A DNA stretch of 64,000 nucleotides. Origin: Lophium mytilinum. Its lineage: Eukaryota. This document shows, in pieces, positions 26,750 through 40,205 of the stretch. A program made the position numbers and the translations under genes. Within the stretch, counting starts at the first letter, position 1; every line of letters begins with the position of its first letter. The DNA lies in assembly GCA_010093605.1 (NCBI GenBank), contig MU004192.1, positions 194,882 to 258,881 of the forward strand, read 5' to 3'. The notes under the pieces were generated by a model. It made no database searches. It was not told where the DNA came from and saw only the letters and a program-made list of their open reading frames with translations.

Positions 26750-29700
26750 AGGTTGGTTAATATAGGGAGGAAGGCCAATTTCTATATATAGGTGCCCCCC
26801 CCTATTATTTAAGTTGGCGTTGTAAGCTCTACTAGATTAGCGGCTAATAGGTTAAGGTCCTTAGAATAGAAAGAGAAGTTAGCCGCAGCTACCTAAGGAG
26901 GTACTGTGCTGCTTATTATCGCCCGAGCTGCTGCGCGCCTCTCTACCTCTAATAGCAGCTCATTGTCTACTAAAGTTGCGCCCTATAAGCTAGCAGGTAG
27001 CAGTACTAATTTATACGTCTTCTTACTATCTGCCCTTCTTATAAGTATTGCTAATTTAGCTTATACTACGGGATAGCTTACTTATCTACTCCCTCCCTTG
27101 CTAAACAAGCACCCTCGCCCTTTAGCCCCTCTGCTAGCGCGCACACCGCCTCTATATAGAGAACGCCTACTTTAACCTGCCCGGGAAGACTAGCGTTACC
27201 CACCCACGTATTCACTATACTCCTCATCCGCTCGCTCGCCCCCGCCGGCGCTAGGCTAACCGTAGTCCGCATTTAACTAGCCTGCATATCTCTCTCTCTT
27301 AAGGCCCTCCGCTGCTCCAGGCGGCGCTTCCTAGAGGCTCTACTTAGTAGTTCCCGCTCTCTCTCTATCTCTCGCAGCTCGCGCTCTAACAACCAGGTTA
27401 GCGCGCTCCTCCTCGCGGATTTAGCCTTCCTAGAAGTAGTAGGATTGCGCAGTTATATCTTATAGGCCACGCCTCTAGAATATATATAGATTAGCAACGC
27501 TTAGGTTTACCTATTGCAGTATGCTATAAGGCTAACCCTTAAGTATAGCTTAAAATTAGCAGAGGCAGGTTAGAAGCGGATAAGAAAGATAATAGGGCGA
27601 TACTTAGATATTTAGGGGACCAATTAACTGCTATATAGTACCTGCATCCTACTAGGTAATTTAGCCATTAGATGCGCGTTTAGATAAAAGCCTCTTAACG
27701 TAACTAACATCTTACCAGACGCAATAGTACTTAGTCCTAATCTAATTATTAGCCCGACGTTATACTAGCCTTAACTCTAACCCTCTAGAAGGCAGCTGCT
27801 GCTATAGCAACTTACGCCTTCTATAATAATAGCTAATATACCACCGGCGCATATTAGACTAAAGCCCCAAACTCTTCTAATAACCTACTCGCTATTAAAT
27901 TACGGCCTCTCCTCTAACCCTAACTATTTTGTTCGGAATATAAGCGTATCCACCTATACTAACACCAACTAACTATTTAAATATGTTGGGCCTAACAGCG
28001 ATATATAGTCTAGAATAGCAAAGGCCAATACACTTTAGATAGAGACCGAGCAGTAAGTCCAGCTTATGCGCGGTAGTACCTAGACTTAATAGACTAATCT
28101 ATATATAGAGAGGTTGCTGCTAAGCCCTTCTTCTAACTCTACTCTAAGGGCGCCGACTAATTCTTTAATCTTCTATATAGTATACGCGAAATCTTAGTTA
28201 TAAGGGATAAATTAAATAAACCACAGGGAGCGGAACTTAAGAAGATACTCGCTACTTAAAAGACTATAATATAGTCTACTAATAGGTCTAAGTCTATAGT
28301 AACCTTTAAAGAGAAATATAGCAACCTCTAAAAGCGCTAGAGACATACTAAATACTAACTTAATTCTATAGCAAATATCCTAATCTTAGAAGGCTAAATA
28401 GGGGCGATAGACGCCCACGCCCTTACTATCGTTCTGACAACTATGCCTAATGCCACCCGTGCGGTAAAGCTTGCTAAGGCGCTATAAGACCGAGAGCTAC
28501 TAAAGTAAGTTGCAATTAAGTGCCAATTTAGGATCTCTACTTAGATGCGCCCTGGCCTACCTACTAATATACCGGGTGCATAATAGTGCACTTGCTCTTA
28601 TTATTTTAATCTAGACACGCGTAAACTATAAAAGGTGGCCTCTATAAATAAGCCTAAGTACCGCTGCGACCTTACTATTAAGGGCACCCTTAAGGTCCTT
28701 AAAATCCTAGAAGAACACCTACCGCCCTTATTTAGAGGCCAGATAATTAGGTGCAATACTAACGCGACCGCTAGCAAAGAGCTGGCGGAGGTCCCTATCT
28801 TCCTCGCTGTTATTCCAACCCAACCGGCCACCCCCGCTAAGCTAGTAGAACCCCGCAAGAGGTTAATATAGAACGCCGTTTACTATGTAAGGGTCTAAGA
28901 CGAGCACAAGTCTTATATTAGTCTGCCTCGGGATCCACGTTCTAAATAGCGTATACCTATTATCTCGCACATAATCTATAGAGGATTAGCTAATGGAAGT
29001 CCAGCCTTATAAATATAGCTTATATTTATAGTTCTAGTGTTTAGATTACTATATACTAATAAGCTATACTAGATTGCATTCTACAGCCAAGCGGACTCTC
29101 TACTTAACACTATCTGCACCGATAAGAAGTTTAAGGCTATAATAACAGACAGTTTCGCCCGGATGCACCTAGTTATATCTGCGCTAGATACTCTAGAGAA
29201 GTTAGCGTCTACAGAAGTATAAGCCGGAGAATTTTACAGCCTTAAGTAGCCCCTAAACCTACCGTAAACTACACCCCCGCTCCTAGAGTTATAGAAGGCT
29301 AAACTTCTTACCTAAACTAACCTGCCATTTATTAGAATTGCAGAGCACCTACTAGTGCCCCGGCGTAACTACTATACCTACTCTTCTATTAATACTCTAA
29401 GCAAGTATATAGACCTAGATTATATTCTCTATTTTAAGATTACCACTCCTAATATAGAGGAGCAAAGTCTAGATAATAAGCGCCGGCATACTACTTAGAC
29501 GGTACATAAAAACATCGCCCGGCGTACTATACTAGTTAACTTATTATAGAAACGGGTTAACGCCTAGACTTATAAGGAGTTTTATAAGGTATTATATAAT
29601 GCAGCTGCTAAAATACTCGCAGTGTTACCTATAACGCTAAATATAGTAAATATAATAAATAATATAGTAGAGGGCTTTATAGACGCAACTAAGTCCCTTC

Positions 29701-30615
29701 GCATATATCTAGATTAGCACCGGGTTCTAATAATAGAGGATTATACACCGCTGGAGGAACTATACGCTATTAACATTTCCCACTAAGGCCGCTCTAACCA
29801 GTTCCTATCCCCGTTTAAGTTGGCACGGGTTGCGGTTAAGCGAGTTTACGACTTTAAGATAACTGGCAGACCGGGAGGGCATAGTAAATACAACATTAAG
29901 AATATTCTTAGGTACTACGCTAAGGTACTAAATGAGTTTAAGGCTGGCCGGGCCAAGGCTAGCAATAGTGCGGAGGGGGATAAATGGGACGCCGCTAAAG
30001 TCTACTATATTAACAGTCTAACCTTCTATATAGACCGCTACACGGCTAGAGGTTTTACTACATTTATCTAAGAACTAATTGCTAACAGCACTATTAACTA
30101 TTGCAAAGTAAGCAGCTATCTAGTGGTTAGCTATTACTACTCCGCCTTTAGCTATAATGGAAGCAATAACTTCTACTCCAAGTGCAATACTAGCAAAGAT
30201 AATAACACTAACCGAGACGGTACCTATACGCTACACTCGGGCGACGATAAATTAATACGCCGGTGGCCAACTATCTTAGATTGCATCCACGAGGCTATTC
30301 TAGACCTTAAGGACTGCGCTGGGCTCCTTAACAGAGATAGCAATAGTGGCAACAACTTAAACGCGCAAGATAATTGCGGACTATAGAATCCGCGCAAAGA
30401 TAAGCTTAGCTAGAGAATGCAGGACTATATAGCTAAAGCGTCGGCTAAAATATAGTAAGTAGTAGAGGGCTACTACAATTAGGAATAATCGACGATAATT
30501 AAAAACAATTAGACATCCTGCGGGCGGCCCGGGTAGACTGTAGTATAAGAGTTGCTGCTAGCACTAGTTATAGGCGCCGGCGACTCGGACGGGAGGCAGC
30601 ATCCCCGCCACTAAT
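26750..30615 (+). pseudogene. Large cargo gene relic (>1,000 codons), unknown function
   Basis: Continuous coding-like frames that join ORF-track pieces 28,635-28,871, 29,820-30,071 and 30,123-30,386. Interrupted by RIP-type stops and short introns (~27,656-27,718; ~29,031-29,072). Start approximate. Confidence 0.6.
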
Positions 30616-30769
30616 TTAGAGGTATTAGTAATCTAGAAGTCTTCTATATCTATATACTTAATTTAAAACACTAAGTTATTATTATATTTACTATAGGTTG
30701 TACACGTAAATACTAGATAGTAATATGTATAGCCTATAAGCTAACATCTTTCTAGGGCTAAATATCTAC

Positions 30770-31600
30770 TAGCCTAATTTCCAGCACCATTAACAAGGGC
30801 TTAACAATTCTTTAGCTTCCCTGTTGACCCGGTATAGAATAGGGCCTAGAGTTTCGCCGGGGTGTTATTGTAAAAGTAGCTAAAGGACTTAACCTACTCC
30901 TAACGGCGCGGTATAGACTATTAAAGGAAGGCTTAAGCACTCTTATAATCCGCAAGAAGATAGTCCTCCGCCCTTGCCACTTGCTAGTCCTTGTAAGTCG
31001 TCTACTCTCCATCCACCTTATCCTTATTAAGCGCAGTCGTCGCTAACGTGCATGCCGCTAATTCTGCCGCGTGCAAGAGGCTTAAGCGGCCAAATTAGTA
31101 ATGTTGTAAAACTCCCTGCCTAACCAGCGCCTCCCAGCTATTATCTAATTTTGCGCCGGCCGAGAGAGACGCGGAGTTTAACCTGGGCTGCTTAATGCGC
31201 ATCTAATATTACTATCTCGCAGCCGTTCTATAACTAGCACTTACCCCAGCGGCCGTCTTCTTAATAACGCCGGCACCCTTAGCGGATACCCGTTAACTCT
31301 GTTCTACTGGACTAGTAATGCATCGCCGCCCAGCGCTCGCCTTGCGGAAGGGAGTAACGCGCTTAGACTTAGTATCTTCTTCTGTGTTGCCTGGATAGCA
31401 CTCGCCTAGAGTTAAGAGTTCTTTACTGTGGCCGGTAACTGCGGCAGGAAGTTAGATACTAGAAATTAGTAAGAGGTAATACTTACTTTTAATACACGCC
31501 GTGCTATTAGGACTAGGGAAACTAGATATAACTGCCGGTACGCGCTTAAAACTATATCTACTATAAAGGTTTATGCTAGCTATAAAGGATATAGAAATAA
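30770..31600 (-). pseudogene. Cargo gene relic, hypothetical, divergent from the transposase
   Basis: Two GTAAGT introns (~31,460-31,486; ~31,204-31,244) joining open frames such as MRIKQPRLNSASLSAGAKLDNSWEALVRQGVLQHY. Confidence 0.5.
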
Positions 31601-31749
31601 TAGAAATAATTGCGTACGGGCTTTAGAGTTACGGTTTAAGGGAGTAAGCCGTAGTCTTTAACGCGTAGATGCGTTAAGGTTCCGGGCTAATAGAATAGCC
31701 CGCCCCCTATTAGAACGCGTCGCGTGCTATTAAAGAACGATAAGTGCTG

Positions 31750-34700
31750 CATACTAGCCCATAATCTAATATAATCTGCAATAATCGCTCGCAATCTATA
31801 AGTTTCTACGTGGGGCCAACTAAATTTAACTAGAAATAGGGTATATACCTTCTACTAAATATAGACACTGCTATAAGTTGTTCTAAATACTTAGCGCCCT
31901 AAATAAATATATACCGTGCTGCAAAAAGCTCCTTAAGATGCTGCAGCGGGTCCCGCTCGCTAATACTAGGACTACTAGATCCGTAATCTAGTCTTGCATG
32001 CTCCGCGTTATTTAGATAATAGACGGGATATTATTTAGAACGCCTAGATTGCCACTAGTAAGTCTACCCCTACCAGCCAACCCCTATAATAAGATAGAGT
32101 ACAAGATAAATAGAATAGAGCTATATATCTCCAGTAAACTAGAAGAGTACTAGAGTCCGCCTTCTATAAATAGAGGCCCTATAAGCTTAATATACAATAA
32201 CCCGCCGGAGGCTGCTAAATTCTGCGTTCCGCACTAATAAGGCCGACTAATAATATCGTCCACATTATTGCTATAAGAGGAAGTATATCCCTCTACTAAA
32301 TTAGGCATGCCCGCAGGGGCGTCTATTAGACAGGCCGATGCTAGATAGTAGACGTAAGTATTATTAGGGACCGCTATCCCCCCCGCCCGTAAAGGCGGCA
32401 TTAGAGCTTACTAACCGGTTGCTCTATTATAGGGACTAATCCCCCTTCTATCTATTCTAATCGGCGTTTAACCATGCTTTTATATTATAGCTTTAGTAGA
32501 TTGGCTGCACTAAGAATAATATTAACCTGCTGTTTAATAACATCCACCTTAAGAGCACGTTTTCTAACTCCCTTATGTTTACATCGGGCGATTTATAGAA
32601 CAGTAAACTAGAGGAAATTAGATACGGCGTTAGCAATACTAACTATATAGTGGAGATGCTGCATTTCCCAAGTAAAAAATAAAGCTTAAGCGGAGAGTAG
32701 CATCCGGTGTACTACTTTAATATAATAGTAGCTATATTATTCCTAATTAGATACCGCCCTTTCTATAATTACCTTATATTTATACTAGTTTAAGTCTATA
32801 ATATAGAAGGCCGGCAGGTATATACTAAGTTGCATACATTAGACTAGTAGTAGTAGACTTAGTTAAAGCTCCCAGCGGGGGCCACGGTAATACCTATCTT
32901 GCTCTCCGCGGACGAGATATAGCTTACCTAATATCGCGGCGACAAGAGCGCATAGCCAGTCTATCTAACTATTAGCAACCTAGATAGGACCACGCGGCGC
33001 TTAAACACGTTGCCTGGCACCCTACTACTAGGCTTTATACTAAGCACGGCGGATAAAGGAGACTACCTAAAGCATTAGCTGTACTATAGCTCTTTAGGCT
33101 ACATTCTTAGGCATTAGTAAAATTCTTGCCAATACTAAGCGGTTTTCTAATATAAAATAAGCTATTATAGAACATACTACTAATAGAATTATACTAGAAT
33201 GCAGGGATAGTAAGAATTAAAGGTGCTATCCAGTATTATGCGGAATTATAGCTAATTATAAAGAATAGAGCCTACTTATAGGTATTAAATTTAGAAAACA
33301 CTGCACTATATACTAGGTACCATCACATTAACGCGAAGACCTAGAGACTAAACACGCCGTAAGGTCTTACCGCTTAACTATTATTTAGATTAAATAGCAA
33401 CGCAACAACGAAGAGCGTTTAAAACTTCTGCTAAATAAAGCGCTGCGCAACGTAGAGGCTATAGAGCTTAATATAGAGTTATACGTACATTCTATAAATA
33501 ACTTTACCTAGAAATACCCCTATACCAACATCCACTAAATAATAATAATAGATATCCTATACTAACTATTTACGGGCGTCGTTCACGACCTTATTAAATG
33601 GGTCTAGCTACTAGTGGCGGAGGTCTGCACCCCAGCAATTAGAAGAAAAGATGCCCGTGTCCTAATAGAAAACGAGAGCGGCTTAACCTAGCTAGACGAG
33701 CGATTTAAGGACGTGCCGCCTTTCCCGGGTCTATCTACATTTAATAAGAAGAATTTTAGCAAACTCTTGTAGTATACTAGCTCTAAATAAAAGTCTATAG
33801 CCCGCCAGCTTATAGTAGTAGTAGCACCGCTGCTAGAAGTAAAGGCACTAAACGCGCTCCGGTTTGTCCGTGCAATACTTAATTTTACTATTCTAGCGCA
33901 GTACAAGATATATAACGAGGCCACGCTAGAGTATATAGAGCTGGCGATAGCTTAAATTAATATATATAAGTTAGAATTTAGGACATTTAGACCTAGGGAT
34001 AAGGATAGAAACTACGCCTTCTACTACCCGAAATTCTACATTATGCAGCACTACGTTGATTTTATACAGAAATTCGGCGCCATTAATAGCTATAACACCG
34101 GCTTAAATAGCAAAGCAAAACACCAACACCTAGTTAAATCACAGTATTAGTTAATAAACTATAAGAACTTTCTACCCTAGATCTGCCAATTAAACTAGAG
34201 ACTTATAAACGACCAGGCCATAAACAATATACTAAACTACCAACATTACTATCCTTAACTAGTAGCGATAAGAGACATGCTAATGCGATAGATAACAGTA
34301 TTAGAAAGTATTAATATCTTAAACTTTAAATGGCCTGGATACAATAATTTCTATAAAGGCCGAATAGTGCACCATCTAAAAGTAAGCGTTAAGTACATAG
34401 CTAATATAAGCCGGGAGCCAGACTTTATAGCCGCCGCCGCCGTGTTTATTTAAGAAGAGAGGCGCAAAATCCAAGGCTAATATACTAAGCCTAGCAGCCT
34501 AGATATATTAGACCCTAATCTATTCTAGGTTAGCCACCTCTAGCTTAAGTTCCACGCTAGTATTTCGTGTTGGAAGCGATTAGGTGCTAGCGAGGACCTA
34601 GAAAGCCTTATAAAAGAAAATCTATAGTGCAACCCTAAGTAGTAGAACTAAGAATAGTAACGCAACTATCTATAGGTGCAAGAGTATAGCTTAGACTATA

Positions 34701-35329
34701 CTAAAAACGGGAAGACGCGCGTTAGTATTGCTAACAGGAGGTTAGTAGGGTAGCTACAATTTATAGTAACTATTATAGACCCTATTCTAAAGGGTAAAGA
34801 TACTCTATAGGCGGCACACTCTAGAGTTTTTATTCGCCTTCTAGCGCCAATTAATAATGGGAAGCTACATTACGTCCATGGCCTGGTGGAGGTAGCTTCT
34901 TAGGCTTCTAACAACAGCCGCCGCTAATAAAAGCTAGGAGCATATTAATTCTATCTACTGCCATAAGTCCTCTAAAGTGCACACGTTATACCAGCTACCT
35001 CTAGCCTAGACCCCACCCGTTTTTTTATTAATAACTATATTAACTGGGATTAATATAATACACTCTATACAGAAGACTGGAAGATAGAGGCGCAAGAGGC
35101 AATGAGGTAGTACCGGCTTAGCGGTCGCGCTAAAGAGATTAAAGCTGCCCTAAGAGTTAAAGACGCAGCGGAGATTTTAGTAAAGCGCGTAAGGGCAAGA
35201 GCACTTACTAACGCCTCTCTCCCGCAACTAAGCCGGTAAACACCAAGAAGCAGCACAGTAAAGAGGGGCCATGGCACCGGCAAGTAACAGCGTAGGTAGG
35301 AATAAGGCCGCAAGGAAAGACGTCCTTAA
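31750..35329 (+). pseudogene. Plavaka-family (CACTA/EnSpm-like) transposase relic with N-terminal C2H2-like finger
   Basis: VYTKLHTLD****T*LKLPAGATVIPILLSADEI*LT*YRGDKSA*PVYLTISNL (~32,818-32,982, =DWWWxTQ..LP.GAT..P....D.TQL...G...AWPVYLTIGN). CYPVLCGIIANYKE* (=ADYxEQ, ~33,225-33,268). DILY*LFTGVV (=DxLHQ, ~33,551). LDERFKDVPPFPGL. PKFYIMQHYVDFIQKFGAINSYNTG...KH (~34,028-34,125). SAHVIP...FFINNYINW near the C-terminus. Confidence 0.93.
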
Positions 35330-35619
35330 TTTTTCCCCACTATTAAGAGATAATTAAGCATTATTTAGCTTTATTAACCTCCAAGGCCAATTAACGCAAG
35401 ATAATAACCGCGTACTTTCCTGTATAATTTCTATAAAACTAGGTAACGCTAGTATACCCTACTAGCGCTGCCTTACTTTACTTTTTAAAATCGCACGTTG
35501 CCACCTTTACCTATTTCCCTTTACTAATGACGGCCGCCTAATTAAATTTACCGGCTACTTAAACTCACCACCCCCTAATTACTTTCTTTCCTTAATACTT
35601 TGCAGCAATTAACCCTAAA

Positions 35620-36780
35620 TAGCGCCTATAGTAAGCATATTATCTATGCTAGAGGTTCTAGGCTGCGGTTAAGTTATAAACCGCTTCCTAGTGGGTTAAC
35701 ACCGCGAGACAGAGGTGTAAGGTGTAGACCTTAATACACTTAAACTATACTTACCTATTCTAGTCTAGTTGGACGCGGACAAACCTCTCTCTAAACCGGG
35801 TCGGGACTATAAGATACCCTCCGCCTTCGCTAGAGCGTACACGTCCGAAGAGGGGGATATCTTCTACCTCCGTAACTTTAAGCATGTTAGTAACAACACT
35901 CCGCATTTTAGCCCTATTAAACTAACACCCGCAAGCTATATAACGTCCTGGCCGACAATACTAAGCTAATAGAATAAGCGTTTTATTAATTAAAGCTGCA
36001 CCCATCTATACGCGGTTGGAACGCAATCCTCTTATAGCCCTACGCTATAAAATATAATACTAAGATAAATCGTCTAGAAGAGTCGGCGAGCATTAGCCTA
36101 CTTAAAGAGGTAAGTAAGCACCCCCTCTCCTACAGATACCTGCTAATATAATATCCCTTTTCTAGCTGTTTAGGTAATGCTGTTAAGACTCTATTGTCTA
36201 TAATGCTTACACATACGCGTTACTAGGTAAGATGCTAACCTTTGCCCTCCTAAAATTCTTCTATATATACGGTCGCGTCTACTATATAGACCTAAACACT
36301 AATAAATACTTTAGCCTATAACTATTATCTCCTGCTATAATATGCATAGATTGCGGATCTGCTGGCCTTGCAGACAAGTGCACCGGTCCAGACCCGCTCT
36401 AACTAAACGCAGCTAACTAGTTAATAATACTTTAAAACCTCTTAAGCAACATCTACATGCAATATGTTATTAACCATAAATAATAGTTAGACCGTAACCT
36501 ACTAAAGCCTTTTAATCTAGAGGACTTTTAGCACTTAGTTAATCTATATATAACGGAACTTACTAACTACGGAACTAATTTAGAGATAAGCGAAGCATTT
36601 AAGTTGGAATTTAAGCCTAATGCGGATGACACGGAGAAGAAGGATACAGAGACGGAGGCAGGCGAGGTAGGTAATACTAAAGCGGAGACGGAGGCAGACA
36701 ATACAGAGACAGAGGACAGCGGGCAGAAGGCTCCTCTTAAGCGTGCTTAAGTTACATAGTAGGCGGTATATATAGTTAGT
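35620..36780 (+). pseudogene. Cargo gene relic, hypothetical, with acidic E/T-rich C-terminal tail
   Basis: Includes ORF-track piece 35,769-35,969. GTAAGT intron at ~36,110. Tail DDTEKKDTETEAGEVGNTKAETEADNTETED. Confidence 0.5.
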
Positions 36781-36999
36781 CTAGACCCCTAAATATAGTA
36801 GTTTATCCTATAATAGCGTCTATATTTAAGTATAAGGCATAATAGGGTTTTAAAAATATTAATACATGAGTTAATTACTGGCAATTTAATTTTTCTTGCT
36901 ACCCGTGCGCTTAACCCTTCTCTTTCGTAGATTATTAATTATAATTAGAGATTATGTATATCTCCCTTTTATAATTAGAGTTAGCCCGCTACTTATATT

Positions 37000-39240
37000 A
37001 TCTTACCCGTCTTAATTCTATTACACCCCTCCTTATTAAGCAGGGCTACTGCTCGTTTAAACACCGCGCAGGTATATATAAGTCGGTTGCACTAGTTAAG
37101 ATTTACGCCCTATAAACTATTTAAAGTAATACCTAGGGTAGCTAATATTAGGGGCTGCATCCCTAATAATATTAAGAGGCATCCTGTTAGTAGACCTACT
37201 ACCCTATCTAACGGACCTAAATCCTTCCTCTAATTCTAAAGTAGCATATATTATTCTTTACCTTTAGGCCCCAACGCTAAAAGACCGCCCTTTGCAGAGC
37301 CTAGTGTCGCCCGCGGCTTCTACTCCATCGCCTCTAACGCTTAATACAATTAATTATAATTAGAGATTATCGCCCTCTTACAACAGCATAAAGTCTACTT
37401 TAACTATCTAACTTCTTAGGCCACGCAGCGTTATCTATTACCTAAGCCGAGGCTATAAACCCGCTTTACCTAATAGGCGCGCGTTATATTACAGCTAGCG
37501 AAGACCTTTACCTCCTCCGCTAATAACTAAGCAGGCCGGTAAGTAAAACCTAACTCTAACCTTACTCTCGCGCATAAGCCTCGCTATACTCTTCCTTACT
37601 ATATTACTAACAGCTTAACAGCCTAAGTTGCTGCAACCCCGCCACTATAATAGAGTAGACAGCAGTCCACTAGAATAGACCGGCGGACCTTACTATCGCC
37701 GTCTATATTAATAGCTATATAGACTACTTTAAAGCGCTATATACTATATATAGTAGAGACGACCTAGAGGAAGCTACTATATTCCCCTAGCGCCCTTAGA
37801 AAGATATTACTAACTTTAAGGTTAAATACAACGCACTTATCTAGTCTATATATAAGTATTTACTATACCTAGTTCTAAGTTAAGAATTAGGTAATATATA
37901 GGGCGGCCAGTCTAATAAGCTAGAGATAAAGACTATGCTAGAGGCAGTAAAGAAGGCCTACAGGGAGGGCTCTAAGAGCTTCTTTATTAAGAATTAGGCC
38001 CACGTAAGTCTATCTACTACTTCTCTACCCGCGTCTACTAACTGTTCGCCAGTACAAGGAGCTTATAGTACCCGCGGTCCTGGATAAGAGCGGCTTTAAA
38101 TACTCCGGAGGTAAAGAAGGCATAGTAGTGCGGCTGCGCAAGGGCTATAGACTCTAAGTTAATATATCTATAAATACGCTTAACGTTGCTAGCAGCGCAG
38201 CACTAATTGCACATATAAGCTGCACTTTAATACCTACCCTACTAAGTATATCCTAATCTATACTTATTAATATAGATGTTAGAAAGACCTTCTACTACTA
38301 CTAAGACCCAAAATATACGCCGCTGCTACACGCGAGAAGATCGCATATTTACTAACCCGCATTTAGTCCTCTTACTAATGCGTGCCTACTTTATTGACCC
38401 TAAAGATAGTTCCACGTTTAAAGTTAGCCTTATAAACCCAATATTATTCTACTTAAATTACGCCGCCTTAGGCGAGGCTATTAGCTGCTATGCAGCTACA
38501 TCTAGGGAGAAAGGGGAGAAAGATAACTGCAACCTCTAACTAGAAGTCTAAATTTATACTAAGCACATCCTTGTAGTTAAGCCGTAGATCTTAATATTCT
38601 AGAAGACCGGAAGCGTGCAAGCGGCGCTATTATTGCTGGAGACCTATATCTTTACAGACAAGCCGCAGACCTTAATGCGCTGGAAGACCGGAAGTGTATA
38701 AGAGGCGCTATTATTGCCGGAGACCTTAGCAACAGCTAAGGCTGAAGAGAAGAACTCGGGAACAGCAGTATTAGGATAAGAGACTTAAGATGCGACCTTA
38801 AAGAATAAATGTAAAGCGCCACCTAATAAACTAGAGCCTATAGACCTTGCAGGAGATAAAGATAAATTAGATATATACTACTTTAATAACGGAAAGAACT
38901 AGGTAGAGAAAGTTAACTAGAATAAAGAAAATGCCACGGAGGAGGTATCGTCCGTGGGAGACCTAGATAGCTTAGAGGCGGCGGAGGCGGCCTTGCGTAA
39001 GGCTAAAATAGGCCTAATTATAGCTTAGACCAGCATTAAGAAGGCCTTAGAAATTATGCGTACTCGCATAGCGAGGGATAAAGAGAAGAATGCTAACCCT
39101 ACTATCTTCTACTCCCCCGATATTATCTAAGAGACGCCCGAAAGTGGATGTAGAAGGCGTGTGCGCTTAGTATAGTAAGTACCTCCTTAAGGAATCACTA
39201 ATTTTCTAGCGCACGCATAGATAGAAAGCGGCCTTAAATA
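37000..39240 (+). pseudogene. Cargo gene relic, multi-exon, weak DUF6532-like segment and internal 81-bp duplication
   Basis: Introns near 37,540, 38,005 and 38,215. Segment RIFTNPHLVLLLMRAYF...FYLNYAALGEAISCYA. C-terminal coiled-coil-like LEAAEAALRKAKIGL. Confidence 0.5.
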
Positions 39241-40072
39241 GAACTATGCAAGTCTACCTATATATACTCCCTATATGCCTTCTATACCCTCGCGCTACTA
39301 CTAAGTTAACTTTTAATAGATATGCAGCATGCATATATACCTTATGTCTTAGAGCCTATCCCCGCCCTAAGCTCTAACTTAGAAACTGCTTATCTGCCCA
39401 CTTCTAATATAAACCCCCTAAACTGCACGCGCTTAAAAACACTACTAGTCTTGCGACACCCATTTAGAGATGTTCTATAGTTGCGATATCTAGCGCGTTA
39501 AGCTATAATACAAGGGATTAAACCTAAGGCCAATTAAGAATAACTATTAGTAATAATAGCGCACTACCGTAAAGACGCACTTATATAAGATTCTAATAGT
39601 GCACTTAAGGGAAAAGTATGCAGCAACCGTTGGTTAAAACACGTGCGCCTAAGCCTTAAATTTCTAGCGCCTGCCCGTACACGTAACAGGACTGTTCTCC
39701 TCTATTCTGCGGGTATAAAAGCCTGCCCCGTATCTCTTTCTCTATGCCACGGAGTAGTAGGAGGTGGCAAGAGTTAAAAAGGTAGAAGAGTTATAGTAGA
39801 GATTAACTTAAGGCTAACTATTTAGAATATAGCGGGTGTTAAAATCGCGTACACTAATAAATTATAGTAGGGGCTAAAGCTAGCAGAAACTTGTCTAAGA
39901 CTCTAGAAAATAGAGAATAAGAGGCAGTGCGCGGGTATAGCTTACTAATAGTGTCTACTATAATAGAAAGCTAATAGCGCACTAATATCTAGGTTAGTAG
40001 TTAGACTAGCACGGTTCTGCAAAGCTATATTAGGCAAAGGTAATATACTCTAGCATCGCCGGCTTATATTAC

Positions 40073-40205
40073 CTACTAAGCTTCTCTATTCCTTCCGCTC
40101 TACTCTATAAGCTTTTTTATCTACTAGGTTTCTCTATCCCTTCCGCTCTACTCTATAGAATTTTTTTTCCACTAAGTTTCTCTATCCCTCCCGCTCTACT
40201 CTATG
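40073..40205. repeat. Tandem repeat, 3 x 48 bp
   Basis: Units start at 40,073, 40,121 and 40,169 (CTACTAAG.TTCTCTAT.CCTTCCGCTCTACTCTAT). Confidence 0.9.
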
